A stretch of 61,548 bases of DNA, the filler included. It is 10 parts of 10 records of this genome, joined end to end, with 100 filler letters (N's around TTAATTAATTAA, not from the genome) between each part and the next. Parts side by side here need not be neighbours in the genome. Positions count along the whole stretch, not along the records: positions 43,116 to 56,633 come from SRR7504441_15340; 9 more parts are not named here. One strand, written 5' to 3'. Shown here one piece after another: positions 43,435-56,330 of this stretch (the stretch's first letter is position 1; the number at the start of each line of letters is the position of its first letter). The notes under the pieces were generated by a model. The model saw only the letters and a list, made by a program, of their open reading frames with translations. It did not search any database and was not told the origin of the DNA. The position numbers and the translations under genes were made by a program.

Positions 43435-44821
43435 TCACGGGCCGCCCCAACAACACTCAAAGCAAGGGAACGGTTTGTTTTGGACGACAAAGCCGTGATT
43501 GGGCAAAGCGTCGACCCCATGCTCGTACCATGCTTGGAATGCACTCAAGGGAGTTAGATTGCCGAGACCATATCCGGACAACGAACCTGTCAGTAGCCCG
43601 CAATGCCGATAGCACGAGACTAGGAACACAGCGTGCGGTGCCTTGACTACTGCTTTGATGGAGTCTTCGATGAAGTCACCAAACTGGTTGACTGAGGTGC
43701 GGTTGCAGTGCTTCCAGAACTGCGCAACACAGTAATTATGACAATGGCCGCCTTCCAAGATACCTTCAGCATGTGGTAATCACTGCAATCGTAGTACTGG
43801 CTGTCACCATAATGGCCTGGGGCCATGCTCGCGTCGTATTTAGAGTTGACAATGAACATGGGGGTCTTGATGTACTTGATCATGTCCTCGGCGAACAAAC
43901 ACTTGTCTCCGAGTGCCTCGGTGCAATCGCGGTCGAGCGAGCCCGAAGCGTTGATCATGTCATACATGCCCTGCATGGTCATAATTTGGTCAACTCACTA
44001 AGCTTAATGATCTACTATTGGTGTACAGGGCATACCTGCATCCTGCTATGGTAGTCCGGCTTGCCATCACGTGTGTAGTCACCGCTCAGAAACCAGCCCG
44101 AGTCAGGCAGGCCCCGGACCTTGGCCCAGGGCACCTGCGCTGCATACCAGTCGATGTGGAAGAAGGTGGCCGCCCCGCCCGCAGAACAGCCAGCCACCAC
44201 CATATCAGTCGCCTTGTCGAGCCCTGCAGACTGAAGGAGCGAGGCGATCACAGCATGTCGGATGCGCGACCCTTTAAAGTAGAGGGCTTCGCCCGACCCA
44301 AGGGTGGTGGTGTTGTCTCCCGAAAAGCTCCCACCATCACAGTAGGGCAGATAGACGTAGTTCCTGCGCAACACAGCAATTATGACAATGGCCGCTCAGC
44401 AAGAGACCAATCGTAGAACTGCGGATTGAGCGCTTTGTCCCGGGTGAAGTGGTTTGGGGTCCCTGGAATCCGATCCGCCCGGTCTGAGACAGTGTTGAGG
44501 TCCAGCTCCTGTTTGTATGATTTGCTCGAACCTGTCCCGCCGATCAGCAGCCGGGCCGGCGCGATCGTCACCCAGGCTGGTGCCCGCACGCTCTTTACAT
44601 TCTTCGGGCGTCTGACACCAGCCACCTCCCTGGTGGTGTAGCAGGAATTTCGTGGCCGCAGCGCCGGGTGACAAGTAGTAGGTACCTGGACTGCCGTCCA
44701 AGCACAGTGCGTCCTGCTGCTGGTGCAGGCTGACCAATTTGGACGGGGTGCGCTGATGCGCTCCTCCCAGCGCAAACGGCAGCCACACCCACAACGCCGC
44801 CTGTACGGCGCTCTGCGTCAT
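43435..44821 (-). CDS. Secreted pectin acetylesterase/Notum-family carboxylesterase (4 introns)
   Basis: Signal peptide, [52 protein letters not shown], CYRHC. Confidence 0.93.
43720..43763 (-). repeat. 44-nt intron, copy B of a duplicated intron pair
   Basis: gtatcttggaaggcggccattgtcataattactgtgttgcgcag. Confidence 0.9.
44364..44407 (-). repeat. 44-nt intron, copy A of a duplicated intron pair
   Basis: gtctcttgctgagcggccattgtcataattgctgtgttgcgcag; 38/44 identical to copy B. Confidence 0.9.
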
Positions 44822-45131
44822 GCCTGGCAGTTGCTTGCTATCCGTTTATTTTTCTGGCGTAGACTAAGCTTACCTGGCACGTTTACTCAGTGTGCACCGT
44901 ACATTACAGTGCACCGTAGTCTCCACGTAGGGCTTGCCTTCCCAGGGCTAGTAGCAGTGGGCCCGTGTGGTTCTCTACATTATCTTAATTAAGATTATTT
45001 GGTTGTCACCAACCGCCGAACCGCAGCCGCAACCGTCATGTTTTAACGGAAGCCCCCTAGGATTCATACCATGCCTTGTGACATTCGGACTCTATGTACA
45101 TGCAACAAAGCAAGCGTCTCTCTGTCCTATT

Positions 45132-47132
45132 CTACCAGCGCCCTCCACGTGAACCCGTTCGCCTGTGCCCTCTTCCACTCTTCCAGTTCTCCTTCTCCTT
45201 CTGCAGCTGCTGCTGAGAACGGGCAACCCCGTCATATCCTTGCTTGAGCTCTGCAATTTCGGTCTGCAACACCCACAGAATTTCAGCTGAGTGTGCCTTA
45301 AGAGCCCAGAATCTATCAGATTGGCTGAAACATAGCTCAGCATCAAGCACTGACCTTAGCATTAATCAATTCCATTTCGAGCATCTCAATGTACTCCTTC
45401 CCTTGGCCCCTTTCAGACCTGAAAGGGCCAATGCTGGTCATATTTTGAGTCAAAAGTGGCACCTTGATGGTTTTGAGATCCCTCGCCTCTCTCCCGCACA
45501 GCTGACATCCAGTTGTGCAGCTAATGCCGTCACCTGCGACCATCAGTGAGCAGATGCAACTCTCATCACGAATGCGTGTCACCTTCGTGCGAAGCTCCTC
45601 ATTCTCGTCCTGCAGTTTCTGCATTTCTTCGTTGTTCGCGTCCGAGCCTGCAGTCTCCTGGATAGAATGAGTCAGAGATCCGGCAGATAAAGCTGGACAG
45701 CTCACCTGCAATAATTTAGTCCGGTGCTCCAGCTGATCGTGGGCTGTTCGAGCATCGTTCTCAGCATACTCCAGCTGCCCAGCCAACTCAAGCCGCTGGT
45801 GCAGCTTGAACGCACCCGCTGCTTAAGAACCTCTATCTGCATCTTTAAGTCCTCTACTTCATCGTTGGTGTATCCGCCTGAACAGTCGTCTCTGTCACCG
45901 AGGAAGCAGACAGCAGCTGCGTCGGCGATCTATTAGGGCGATATCGCACCGATATCATCATTTGCTTCCTGCGAGCTCTCATTCCTCTGGCTGCGTTCCC
46001 TCCGTCTAGGTATTCCTGTGACAACGACGGACTCAGCTGATGCTTGCAGCCTTTCAGCATTCTATCCGGGTGCCTCTAGTAACCTGCACGATTTATTTCT
46101 CCACGGGATCCCACGTCATTTTGCGCGTTCATGCTTTGGGACCGTGATCGTCGATGCCTTGGTGCGGAAGAGTCTCGCTTCCTCGCACTGCCACTGCTGC
46201 CTGAGCCCGAGCGCTGCAACACGGATCAGCAGCCGGCATTGCATGCAGCCAAACCGTGCGGACATCAGCTTGCGCCGGTGCAGACGCACTCATGTTATAG
46301 CTGAAAACCACCGCACAGACTCAGTGGCTGGAGCGGCAGAATGGCGTGAGGGAGGCACTCTAAGTCTTCCGCATCCGACATTTCCGACATTTCATCAACA
46401 ATCATCTCCGACATCTCCGACGGCTCGTCAGCAGATGCAGATCTATTCTTGGGCTGGTCGATCCATGTGGGCTTGATTGAAACCTGACGACAAGTAACGC
46501 GAGGACCGCAGAGAGACTTACCGAGAGGCCAACTTGAGGCTTGCCGGACCTTCTGGCGTCTAGCAATAACCTGACCTGTCCAGTGCAGCCTCATCCGCGG
46601 TACGCAGCACTAGTGCAGTGTGTCAGAATGCTGGGCCCGACCTTTTTGACGGATCCATCCCTAGTGATGAGCGGCGTCAGGTCGTGGTCGCCTTTGGCGA
46701 TCGTGGTGTCTCGGTTGGAATCCTGTCACCGGCTCGCTGTTGGCCTGGCTGCGCTGCAGCACCTTGATTTTGAGGCTCAGACGCTTCTCTTTGAAGTTGT
46801 CTTGACTGTCGGCGTACATGGTCACCTCGAACCGGATGGCCTGGTCCCAGCAAGCGTTGCCTTTGCCTGCCAATCCGGTGACCGCCGCACACTCGGCTGT
46901 GCTCACCTGTGCACATGGAGTGGTCGGTCCTCCCCACCTCCCTGCCGTTGCGCGCCAGAAAGACATACGCCCGGTCGGGCACCGGTGCCGCCATGGTATC
47001 GCTCGAATGGATCGTGATCGAAACATTGCAGCGCTGGCTCCTGCACGCCCCAGCCTTAGCGCGGTTGGCAGGGACCGGCGCGGGGGAGGGGCTGCTGGGC
47101 TGCACTCACGTGGAGCTGAACATCGACTTCAT
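45132..47132 (-). CDS. NT-type C2 domain (EEIG1/EHBP1-like) + coiled-coil protein, many introns
   Basis: GNACWDQAIRFEVTMYADSQDNFKEKRLSLKIK; C-terminal coiled coil YIEMLEMELINAK. Confidence 0.7.
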
Positions 47133-47323
47133 GCTTGGCGAGGGCTGCCGGTCGCAGGCGCCGCTGCCCTGCTCCTGGAGCAGCAGGCAGAGTGCTCGGA
47201 GCTGTTGTTTCTTTTCAACGACTCGGATCGTCAACGGAAGCACTGCAGCTGTGCATGCGCTGGAATCAGTGGCATGGGCATGTGCAGATGAGACTCAGGG
47301 TGTGAGGAGCGGCGCCAAGGACA

Positions 47324-50300
47324 ATGAGCGGCGACAGGCTGCATGCCAATGAGCTCTTCTCGGTGCGCGCCCGCCCAGCCGAGTGACCGCGAGCCCCCGC
47401 CGCTTGGCAGGCCGTGGACACCCCCGGAGCCCCAGCAGAGGCCGCCGCTGCGAATAGGAACGTATTCGGAGGTCGGAAGTGGAAGCGGGCCAATGGCTCG
47501 GACGACTCGAAAAAGGACGGCGGCAAGAGTGTCTTCGGGGGGCGGTGGAAGAGAAGCGGGGGGGCGAAGCCAGGTGAGCAGCCCTCTATGTCTGTGTGGC
47601 TTGAGGCGGCCCAGGTGAGGGCGCCCTGGTCAGTGCCGAGGACGCTGTGAGTGATGCAGGATCGGGCTGGGGGCGTAAATCCAAACCAGCGACACCGATA
47701 CCAGGGCTGGAGATTGACGGCTATGGCAACGAGATAGTGCTGCCGGGTGACGATGTTGCAGCGGATGCGATGGCCAAAGAGCTCGATCGAATGGGCGACC
47801 CGCCGTCAAAAGGCAGCACAGCAGTTCACCCATTGGGGGGCAAGGGCTCGCGCGACGTGTTCCGTCAGATGAGTGGGGTGCAAAAGAAGGCGCTTGAGAT
47901 CCTCGGGAAAGAGGCTTACGAGGGGCTCTCGGAGCAGTGGATGACTGTGATGGCTCGCCGTACCCAAGGTGGTGGAGGCTCGGACGGCTACTCACAGCCT
48001 CCGAATCCGCTGGTTCCGAGTGGAATTATTGGAAAAAAGTTGTGTCAAGTGAGCGGCGGTCTCAACCATATGGTTGTTTGCGGTGATGGCGGTGAGGTAT
48101 TTGCTTGCGGTGAGAACAGATACGGCCAATTGGGTATCGCAACTGATGGCATCGGTGAGAAGAGCTCAGCCAAAGCTATCCAATTTCTGAAGGAAAACTT
48201 TGGCAAAAAGAATGCGGCTGGTCAAATTGAGGAATCCGAGGAGATTGAACAGGCTGCTCCTTCCAACATCTTTGCATCCCCGATCCAGATCAAAGGCGGG
48301 CTTGAAGGGAGGCGAGTGTACCATGTTAGCTGTGGGTCGAGCTTCTCAGCAGCGTTGACCGATGCTGGTGAAATCTTCACTTGGGGTAATAATGAGCATG
48401 GCCAACTAGGCCATGGCGACAGGATCAGGCGGAATGATCCAACCCCCATTGCATCGCTGCAGTTTACTGCTCAGCGAGCTGGTGTTGTGGTGGTGGACTT
48501 GAACTGTGGGGCTGATCACATGGCAGCCATCAGCTTTTCAAAAGAAGTAATGACGTGGGGTCTCGGCAATTTTGGAAACCTTGGACATGGCACATCGTAC
48601 AGCTACATGGAACCGAGAATCGTGGAAGCTTTGCAGAAAGACAATGTACAACAAGTGAGTTGTGGTACGCGACACACTATGGCAGTGAATGCGGTTGGAG
48701 AGGTATACACATGGGGATTTGGAGGTGATGGCCGGCTTGGTCATGGTGACAGCTCAGGGTTTGCGACCCCGCAGCTTTTGGAGCTCCTCAAGGGGAAGGA
48801 TGGGCTCACTGTGATCACCACAGTTGGAGCTGGAGATTGTCATTCGGCTGCTCTCACTAGCAAAGGAGAGGTGTATACCTGGGGCTCAGGCAGTTACTAC
48901 AAACTAGGGCACGGCGACATTACCGATAGGCAGTCACCGCGACTTGTCAAGCAGCTCGTAGGAAAGAACATTGTGTCTCTCTCCTGTGGTTTCTACCATA
49001 CGGCTGCTCTGACATCAAATGGCGTCCTCTTCACTTGGGGAGGTGGGATTTACGGAAAACTGGGCCACCCTTCTACCGATAATGTAGGCTATCCCACACC
49101 TGTCAAGGCTCTCTCTGGGAAGCGCGTGAACAGTGTTGTCGCCACGCCAATATCAACACTCATTGTATCAGAGACAGGAGACCTATTTACCTGTGGCTAT
49201 GGCAGTAAAGGCGCTTTGGGACATGGTGAACAAACTCACGAAGAGCAGCCTAAACGAGTTGAAGCAATACGAGGGGCCAGAGTGGCCATGTATACAGTGC
49301 TGAAATCAGAAATGATAGCCCGCAGTAAGCAGCTAGCGTCTGGACAGAGTTCTGCACAAAGCAACAACGCAGAGACTTCTAGTGCAGCTCAAGGCGATAA
49401 AAAAGACAAACAGATCCGCTATCTGACAACAGGCCCATTCCATTCATTTGCAACATCGGAAACTGGGCTTGTTTACGGGTGGGGCTCCGGACAGTACAGC
49501 AAGATTGGTGTAGGGGATGATGTAGATGTGCTGCTCCCAAGGCAAATTGGTGGATCTCTGGAGCGGAAATTGATCACCATGGTTGCCTGTGGTGAGAAGC
49601 ACTCGGTTGCTGTGACTGGTGATGGGAACGAGGTATACGTCTGGGGGTGTGAGGGTGATGGTCGCCTTGGCCTTGGAAAGCCAGACATTGTAGATCCGGA
49701 CGTTCCCCCAGGTGTGCATATTACATGTAGCTGTATGGCACTGTGTAAAAGTTGCCATCAACACCTTGTGATGATATGGTCTGACTGGGTCCTGACTGTG
49801 GAATGTTGCAGGTGAGGTCCAGTTTCCAGAGCAATTGAACATGTTACAAGGTCAACGAGTGACAGAGCTCAGTGTTGGACATGCACATACAATTGTAGCT
49901 ACTGAGAACATGGATGTATATACTTGGGGCTGCGGCTCTCACGGGCGGCTTGGGCACGGAAATTCAAATAATTGTTGGGATCCAAAACTAGTGCAGACTT
50001 TCAGCGGTAATACCATAAAAAAAGTTGCTGCTGGTGGAAAGCACACCATGTTGATCCGCACCCTCCCAGCAAGAATTGGCAGTGGCACATATAATGAGGT
50101 GCTGAGCTGGGGTAGTGGCTGGTGGTATCGCTTGGGTCATGGAGATCAAGACAACTGCCTTGTTCCTAAGGATATAAGTGACTTGAGTGGTAAGATGATC
50201 ATCGAAATCGCAGCAGGTACAGCTCATAGTGCTGCAGTCTCCTCCACTGGTGATGTGTACACCTGGGGCTATGGAGCAAATGGCCGCCTTGGGCATGATG

Positions 50301-52990
50301 ACTACCACAACCAGGAGGAGCCACGGCTTGTCAAGTCTTTGCGAGGTGTTGATCGCAAGGTGATTGTCAAAGTAGCTTGTGGCGATTGCCACACGGTTGC
50401 GCTTACTGATGATGGAAAGATCATGTCTTGGGGGAAGGCGAAGTATGGCCAGCTTGGAACTGACACAACAAATGAATGCCAGAAACCTTGCTCGGTGTCA
50501 CATATGATTCAAATGCAGGAGGGGCAGGCCAAGCCTGTGACGTTGAGGGGAAAGTTCGAATCTGTTGCCTGTGGGATGAACCATACAGTGGCGCTTACAA
50601 CGAAGGGGGATGTATATACATGGGGAATGGGCGGGGGTGGACGTCTCGGACACGGTGACTTGAATGACTGTCTCCAGCCACGTTGTGTAGACACCCTGAC
50701 GATGCAAAGCAGCGAGGAAGCGAGTGACCTGGAAAAGGCAGATACTATGGGAAACCCAGAGATAGCGACGGGCATTACACTGGAGACCCTTCAAAACATG
50801 CTCAAGGCAGAGAGCCACGACACGGAAGACATCGTCAAAGCAGACAGAGATCGCCTGAGTACCTTGCGGCATCAAACTGACATGGAGAAGCACCATAATG
50901 CAACCCTTGAGCGCGAGACCAGAGCGATTGATAAAAAGATCAAGCTGCTTGTGAAGAATAAAAAGGAAGTACAGAATAGACTACGCAAGAATCAGTTGAA
51001 CACCCAAACAAGCCCAATATCTACGATGCGTGAAGACTATGAAAACTTATTTTTCCTCCTTCAAGCCAACCCAAAATACTTAGCATTGCTTACATCTGCT
51101 GTCCCAGAAGAAGCTGAAGCCATCGTGAAAGCCTTTACAGCAATTTATGGAAATCAGACGGACCCAAGAGAGGAGCACCTTGTCTTGAAATTCTTCACCG
51201 AATCCATGGCTGACGAGTTCAAAAAGGCCGATCGGATACAGGTGGTACTTGGGGGATCCAGTTCTATTGTTCGCACAATGAACGCGTATCTCAGGCGGGA
51301 ATCAAACAGGCTCAAATTGATCAGCATTCTTGGTGCGCCAATGAGCAATCTTGTCAACAACAGAAACTCTTTTGAGGTCAATCCCTTGAAGACGTACTTT
51401 GAAGTGTGTGCAGCCAATAATGTCATCGCTGATTCCACAGCGACTACAGCACAAGCATTGCAGGATCCGTCTGTAGTGGAAGCTCTCACTTTGAGGGTTC
51501 AAACGCTTCGTGACACAGTGAAGCAATTTTTGGATGCAGTCATTAATGCCCTCGACGAGATCCCATTTGGTGTACGATGGCTGTGTAAGCAGGTATTAGA
51601 TCAAGCTCAAATTCAGTTCGAAGGGGCAGAGAAACAGCAGAAGCTTTGTCTAATTGGTAGTATAATCTTCTTGCACTGGGTCAATCCAGCCGTATGCTTT
51701 CCTGAGACAATCAGGTTGGTTGATCAGCCGATTGACCCGCCTCTGCGTATGCATTTGGTTTTGGTTACCAAGGTGCTTCACAACATTGTTCATGGTACCA
51801 TCTTCAGCGACGCGCAACCCTACATGTCTTATATAAACGATTTCATCCACACGTCCTCGGATCGACTGACTACATTCTTGGAGCAGCTTGTTGATGTAGA
51901 AGATTTATCTCTTCACGACCAGAACACGCAGTATGCTACCAAGCTTCAGCAAGAGGCTCCAGTGATTCGTATTTTTACGAATGATGTCTTCACAACGCAC
52001 AGGCTCTTGTATGAGTGTCTGGCAAGTGTTGCTCCCACGCTGGATGATCCTATTCGCGTGATCCTCAAAGACCTGGGTGCACCTCCAGCTATGATGGCAC
52101 CTGATCAAAACAAAGGTATTGAATTGAAGCTTATAAGTCGTTTTGATGCTCCTCCATCAGACGATAGCGATGATTCGCAGTCACTGGGAGCAATGCTTCA
52201 AGACACTCGATGGCAGCTGATGCGAGTATTGCGAAGCATCAAGCCAATAAGTGCGACAAAACGAAAGTATTGTATTGATGGAGAAAACTTGACAATCCTT
52301 CTGTCCAAAGCGAAGCAGGATGCAATTGAAGAGGAAAACTACCTCTTGGCAGACAAGATCAAAGTATTGCAAGTCAAGTTACATCAGTTGGCATTGAGGG
52401 ACGTTTACCACCAAGCTGAATTGGTGTTAGACAGTGCTCTTGAAATTCAGAATAGAAATGCAGAGAATGCCAAGATAGCGCAGGAGCAGTTGACTCTACA
52501 AGAGACAATCGACACGGCTCGATCGAGAAGAATATATCTCATCACTGCAATATCAGCCTACCGTGAGACACTGGCGAATGCGAGGGCAACTGCGTTCACA
52601 CCAGCGCCCGTTCAGCTTGGCGTGTTCGACAGGCTTGCGAATATCAGCACACTGCAACGCGAGTGCACCGTCGGACCATTTCGTTACTCTTATGTGCAAC
52701 TGGAGAGTGATGGTGTGGTCATCCAATCTGACTTTCCTGAGCAGTTCCGGCCACATTTGACTTTCTTGTTCTCCTCGGCAACTCCTGGTGTTGTCGTCAT
52801 TGCAGTTGTTGCCAAGCAGCATGCTGGACCTGGACTGGGATCTCGCGATTCTTATTTGTTTTCTGCAACCATCTTATTGGAAGATTTGCTCATGTCAAAA
52901 GAGAAAAAGCACTCAGAGCTCGATCTCACCGAAGTGATCTTTGAGCTGAGTCTCCTTCTCGACATATTAAACGAGCACTTCTTCACTTGA
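47324..52990 (+). CDS. Large RCC1-repeat + IQGAP-type RasGAP/RasGAP_C protein (about 1800 aa, 3 introns)
   Basis: About 14 RCC1 repeats (VSCG..H...GEVYTWG.G..GRLGHGD), IDKKIKLLVKN, YENLFFLLQANPKYLA, REEHLVL, IPFGVRWLCK, FLHWVNPAV, GPFRYSYVQLESDGVV. Confidence 0.9.
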
Positions 52991-53643
52991 TTATGTTGCA
53001 TTCAGGCTTCATTTCATGCAAAACATCTTTGCCTTCGAATTCTCAATTAGTGCACTTGCAAATTTTGTACATAGTTGCTTCATATGTAAGCTCATGATGT
53101 GGTCCAACTACAAGTAGCTGGTTGAACTCCAGTGTAATATCGGTGACTTGGTGACCCCATCTACAACTACTGGTAGACAACATCGAAACTGAAAATTAAT
53201 CAAACTGGCCGCCTGAAGACTGGTTACAATAGTACCTAAACTGAGACCAGCTTAAAATACTATAGTTACTCGTACAGCTGAATAAATACGTAAAATTATT
53301 ACGTCGTTACGTTTGTGAGTCAGGACTACATGTATAACTACATGTACTTGTATGTACAGTAAGTACAATCATGATTGTACCGTAACCTTCGTCAAGGCCC
53401 GACGTGAGGCCCGAAGGCCGAGTCCTAAGTATTCTCAATCATTTTTCATAAATGCTCTTGAGCATTTACCACCATTCTCTTCAATCCTAGTAGAGTCTTA
53501 AACGCTTAAACGCTACAAGCGGCCTACAACTAACAAACGCTTCGTTGCCCTAGGATTATACTAGGATTACAAGTAAAGTCGTACGTACGCAGTACCCAAT
53601 TCGTCTAAAATGATTCTAGCTTCGAGTTGTGTGTTACCACATT

Positions 53644-54429
53644 TCATGCAGTTTGACCCATCGCCTTGGCCCATTTTGACATGGATTGCATCCTGGAAAC
53701 AGGGAGAGGGTCAGCTAGTAGCATGCCCGGCGGTCACGCTAGTTTTGAGAAGTGCTCGAAAGAGACCATCTCATTATCTGGCTCCGGGGCAGGCTCTGTT
53801 GTCAGGATCCCCATTGCTGTCCCCCCTTTGGCACACTAGCAGCCACATGAATAGGTCACCCTGCGTATACTGCTGCTTGCTAATCCAGCCTCGCCGGGTC
53901 AGGTCAAACATCCCAAACATTACCTTGAGATCGGCCTCTGAATAGAGCATCTCCTGCCCAGCCGCTGGCCGCCAGAGCCTTCCTGGCGGGGTACCTCGCC
54001 GGCCTTGATCTTTTTGAGCTGCTCCAGTACGAACTCACGCGGGTTCTCCGGCCGGTGGAATAGGACCGCTGCCGAGAGCCGCTGCGCCCGCTGCTGGCCG
54101 CCCAGCCGCCGGGGTGCCGCACCTGGAGCAGCGCAGGGATCTGCTTGTCAGCCAGGTACTGGCGGCAGATCTCGGCCTGGTCTTCGTACACGTTCACATT
54201 CACCGGCGGCAACGGCTCCTCTTCGACTGCCGGGCCCGGCTCCTCCACCGCGGCCGCCTCCTCCTCAGCCCCCGGCGCTTCGGCTCCCGCCGCGGCTTCC
54301 TCCTCCGCAGCTGCTTCCTCAGCGGGCAGCTCAGCCGCGGCAGCCTCAGGCGCAGGTGCAGCCTCCTCCGCTGTCCCACCCCACGCGTCAGCCCCAAGCG
54401 CCCCCGGCTGAGCGACCTTCTTCGCCCAT
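53644..54429 (-). CDS. EFCAB10-like protein (RIIa/Dpy-30 docking motif + EF-hand) with an Ala/Glu-rich N-terminus (5 introns)
   Basis: QYLADKQIPALLQRLSAAVLFHRPENPREFVLEQL; YSEADLKVMFGMFDLTRRGWISKQQY. Confidence 0.8.
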
Positions 54430-54527
54430 CTTGTCTTCTATTTCCAGAGCCAGTCGAATCATCAAGGTGGAGCTCTCTCAGAAAATCAACCGCCGGACGC
54501 ACGGAACGAGCCCGCGCTAGGCTCATC

Positions 54528-56330
54528 ATGGGAAACGGGCAGACCTCGACTGCCGCGGCCAACCACGAGGTGCCGGTCGGCTGGGCGGCGAGCGAGGCTC
54601 GGGCACAGGCTCTCCGGCTGGCGGTGCGGTACGGTGATTCGGCGAGCGCCCAGATGGCGCTGCTCAAGGGCGCGGACCCGAACACGGCCGATTCGGTGCG
54701 GCCCCGCCCCCGCCTGCGAGCCCAGCCGCGGTCCAGGCCGGGTCCAGCCCGCTGCACATCGCTGCGCTGGTGGGCAGCGTCCCGATTAGCTCGATGCTAC
54801 TCAATTCGCGCGCGGACATGGACGCGGCCAACCGGGACGGCCGGACTGCGCTGCACTGCGCGGCGCACGCGGGTCACGAGAAGGTGTGCCTGGTGCTGCT
54901 CGAGGCTGGGGCCGATCCAAACTCGGTGGACGACTGGGGCGACAAGTGGACCAGCCTGCACTACGGGGCCCGCGGCGGGCACCTCGGGGTGGTGGACATT
55001 CTGCTCGATGCCGGGGCCGAGATAGATGCCACCACCGCGGTGGGCCAGTGCAGCAGCCTGCACGAGGCAGGCCGGGTGGGCTCGATCCCTGTGATCCGCC
55101 AGCTGCTCCGGGAGGGCGCCGATCCGGAGATTCTCAACGCGGAGAACAAGCAATTCCTTGAATGCATCGAGGACGCCGATATTCGGGCCGAGGCTGAGAG
55201 CAGCCTGCAGGAGCTCGGACTGGATCCAGAGGCGACCGGCCGTTGGTCTGCCTGAATTGTGGCTGCAGGTGCGAGAGCGGCGCCAGCTCGAGCAGAAGCG
55301 GCCAGGCTCGATGCTCCGGCGGAGGAACGCGGCCGAGGTCAGTTGGCGAGAACTGGCTGGTGATGCCAACGGTGCGGACAGCGGCAGCGGAACAGCGCCA
55401 CGCCGAACCAACGGCTGTGCTCGGGGATCACCGCCAAGCTCTGGGCGCCGCCAGATTTCGACTTTTCGCTTAATTGCGGAATGCTGGGAGCCAATGCACC
55501 GTCCAACCCGACTAAGCAACCCAGGTGCGTGTGATGTGCGCTCGCTTGAGCCTCGGCCAGTGACCAGGAGGAGTTGTACGTTTCGCGCTCGCCAGCCACC
55601 TCGCCGAGTGAGCCAGGCGCCCAAACTGCTCCAGTGATTGGGTTTGGCAGCTGTACCAGTCAAAGAACCGACTAGTGCCGTGCTAGCCGGCCGAAGAGAC
55701 TCGCTTGCTTCGCTGGGCCAGGTGCAGAGAACCCAAACTAATTGGCACTGCGTGGTGGCTTAGCTTGCTTCATGCCAGGTCTCTGATAGCGATGAAGCCG
55801 CAACTGTGCAAGATCTGGAGGTGGGATACATGTATGTTAACAGTGCCAGCATCTCAACCAGACTATTTGGCAGGATCGATCAGGAGGCGCTGAGGCATGT
55901 CATGATGGAGACAATGCTGCGGAAAACAGCGAGCTTGTCAAAGTGACACTTGAACACGGAATGATGAAAGTTACTCGGGCGTATTCCAAAAGCTCCGCCA
56001 AAATTGGAGATTTGTCAGGTCTCCTGGGTCTCGGTTTGCTATCAGTTCAACCTATTTTGTGTAGGCGATTGCTCGCTCCTATTTGGTATTGATGTGAAGG
56101 ACGTTGCAATTCTTGGCCAAGATGGTTCAGTGGTATGCGTGCCCCCACTGATTTGACTGCTCATATTCCTGAATTCCATTCTGTGATCAATTATGTTTTG
56201 CGAGTGGTAGACAATCGTACAACGGATGGTAAAGTGAGCGGTGGGTGGGGTACAGCTCTCATCATCGCGCAAGTTGCGAGAGGAATTTGGGGACTTATCA
56301 GCAATCAAATTAAGAGTCATCTCCACAGGT
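54528..56330 (+). CDS. Ankyrin-repeat protein, possibly N-myristoylated; 3' exons uncertain
   Basis: MGNGQ start; SPLHIAA, GRTALHCAA, WTSLHYGA, SSLHEAG; the frame appears to continue past 55231 through a GC-AG intron (55232-55268) and further small exons. Confidence 0.75.

Noticed and set aside
49712-49811. GTGATGA...CTGA in a 100-nt intron as a C/D snoRNA
   Set aside because: The boxes span only about 28 nt, too short.
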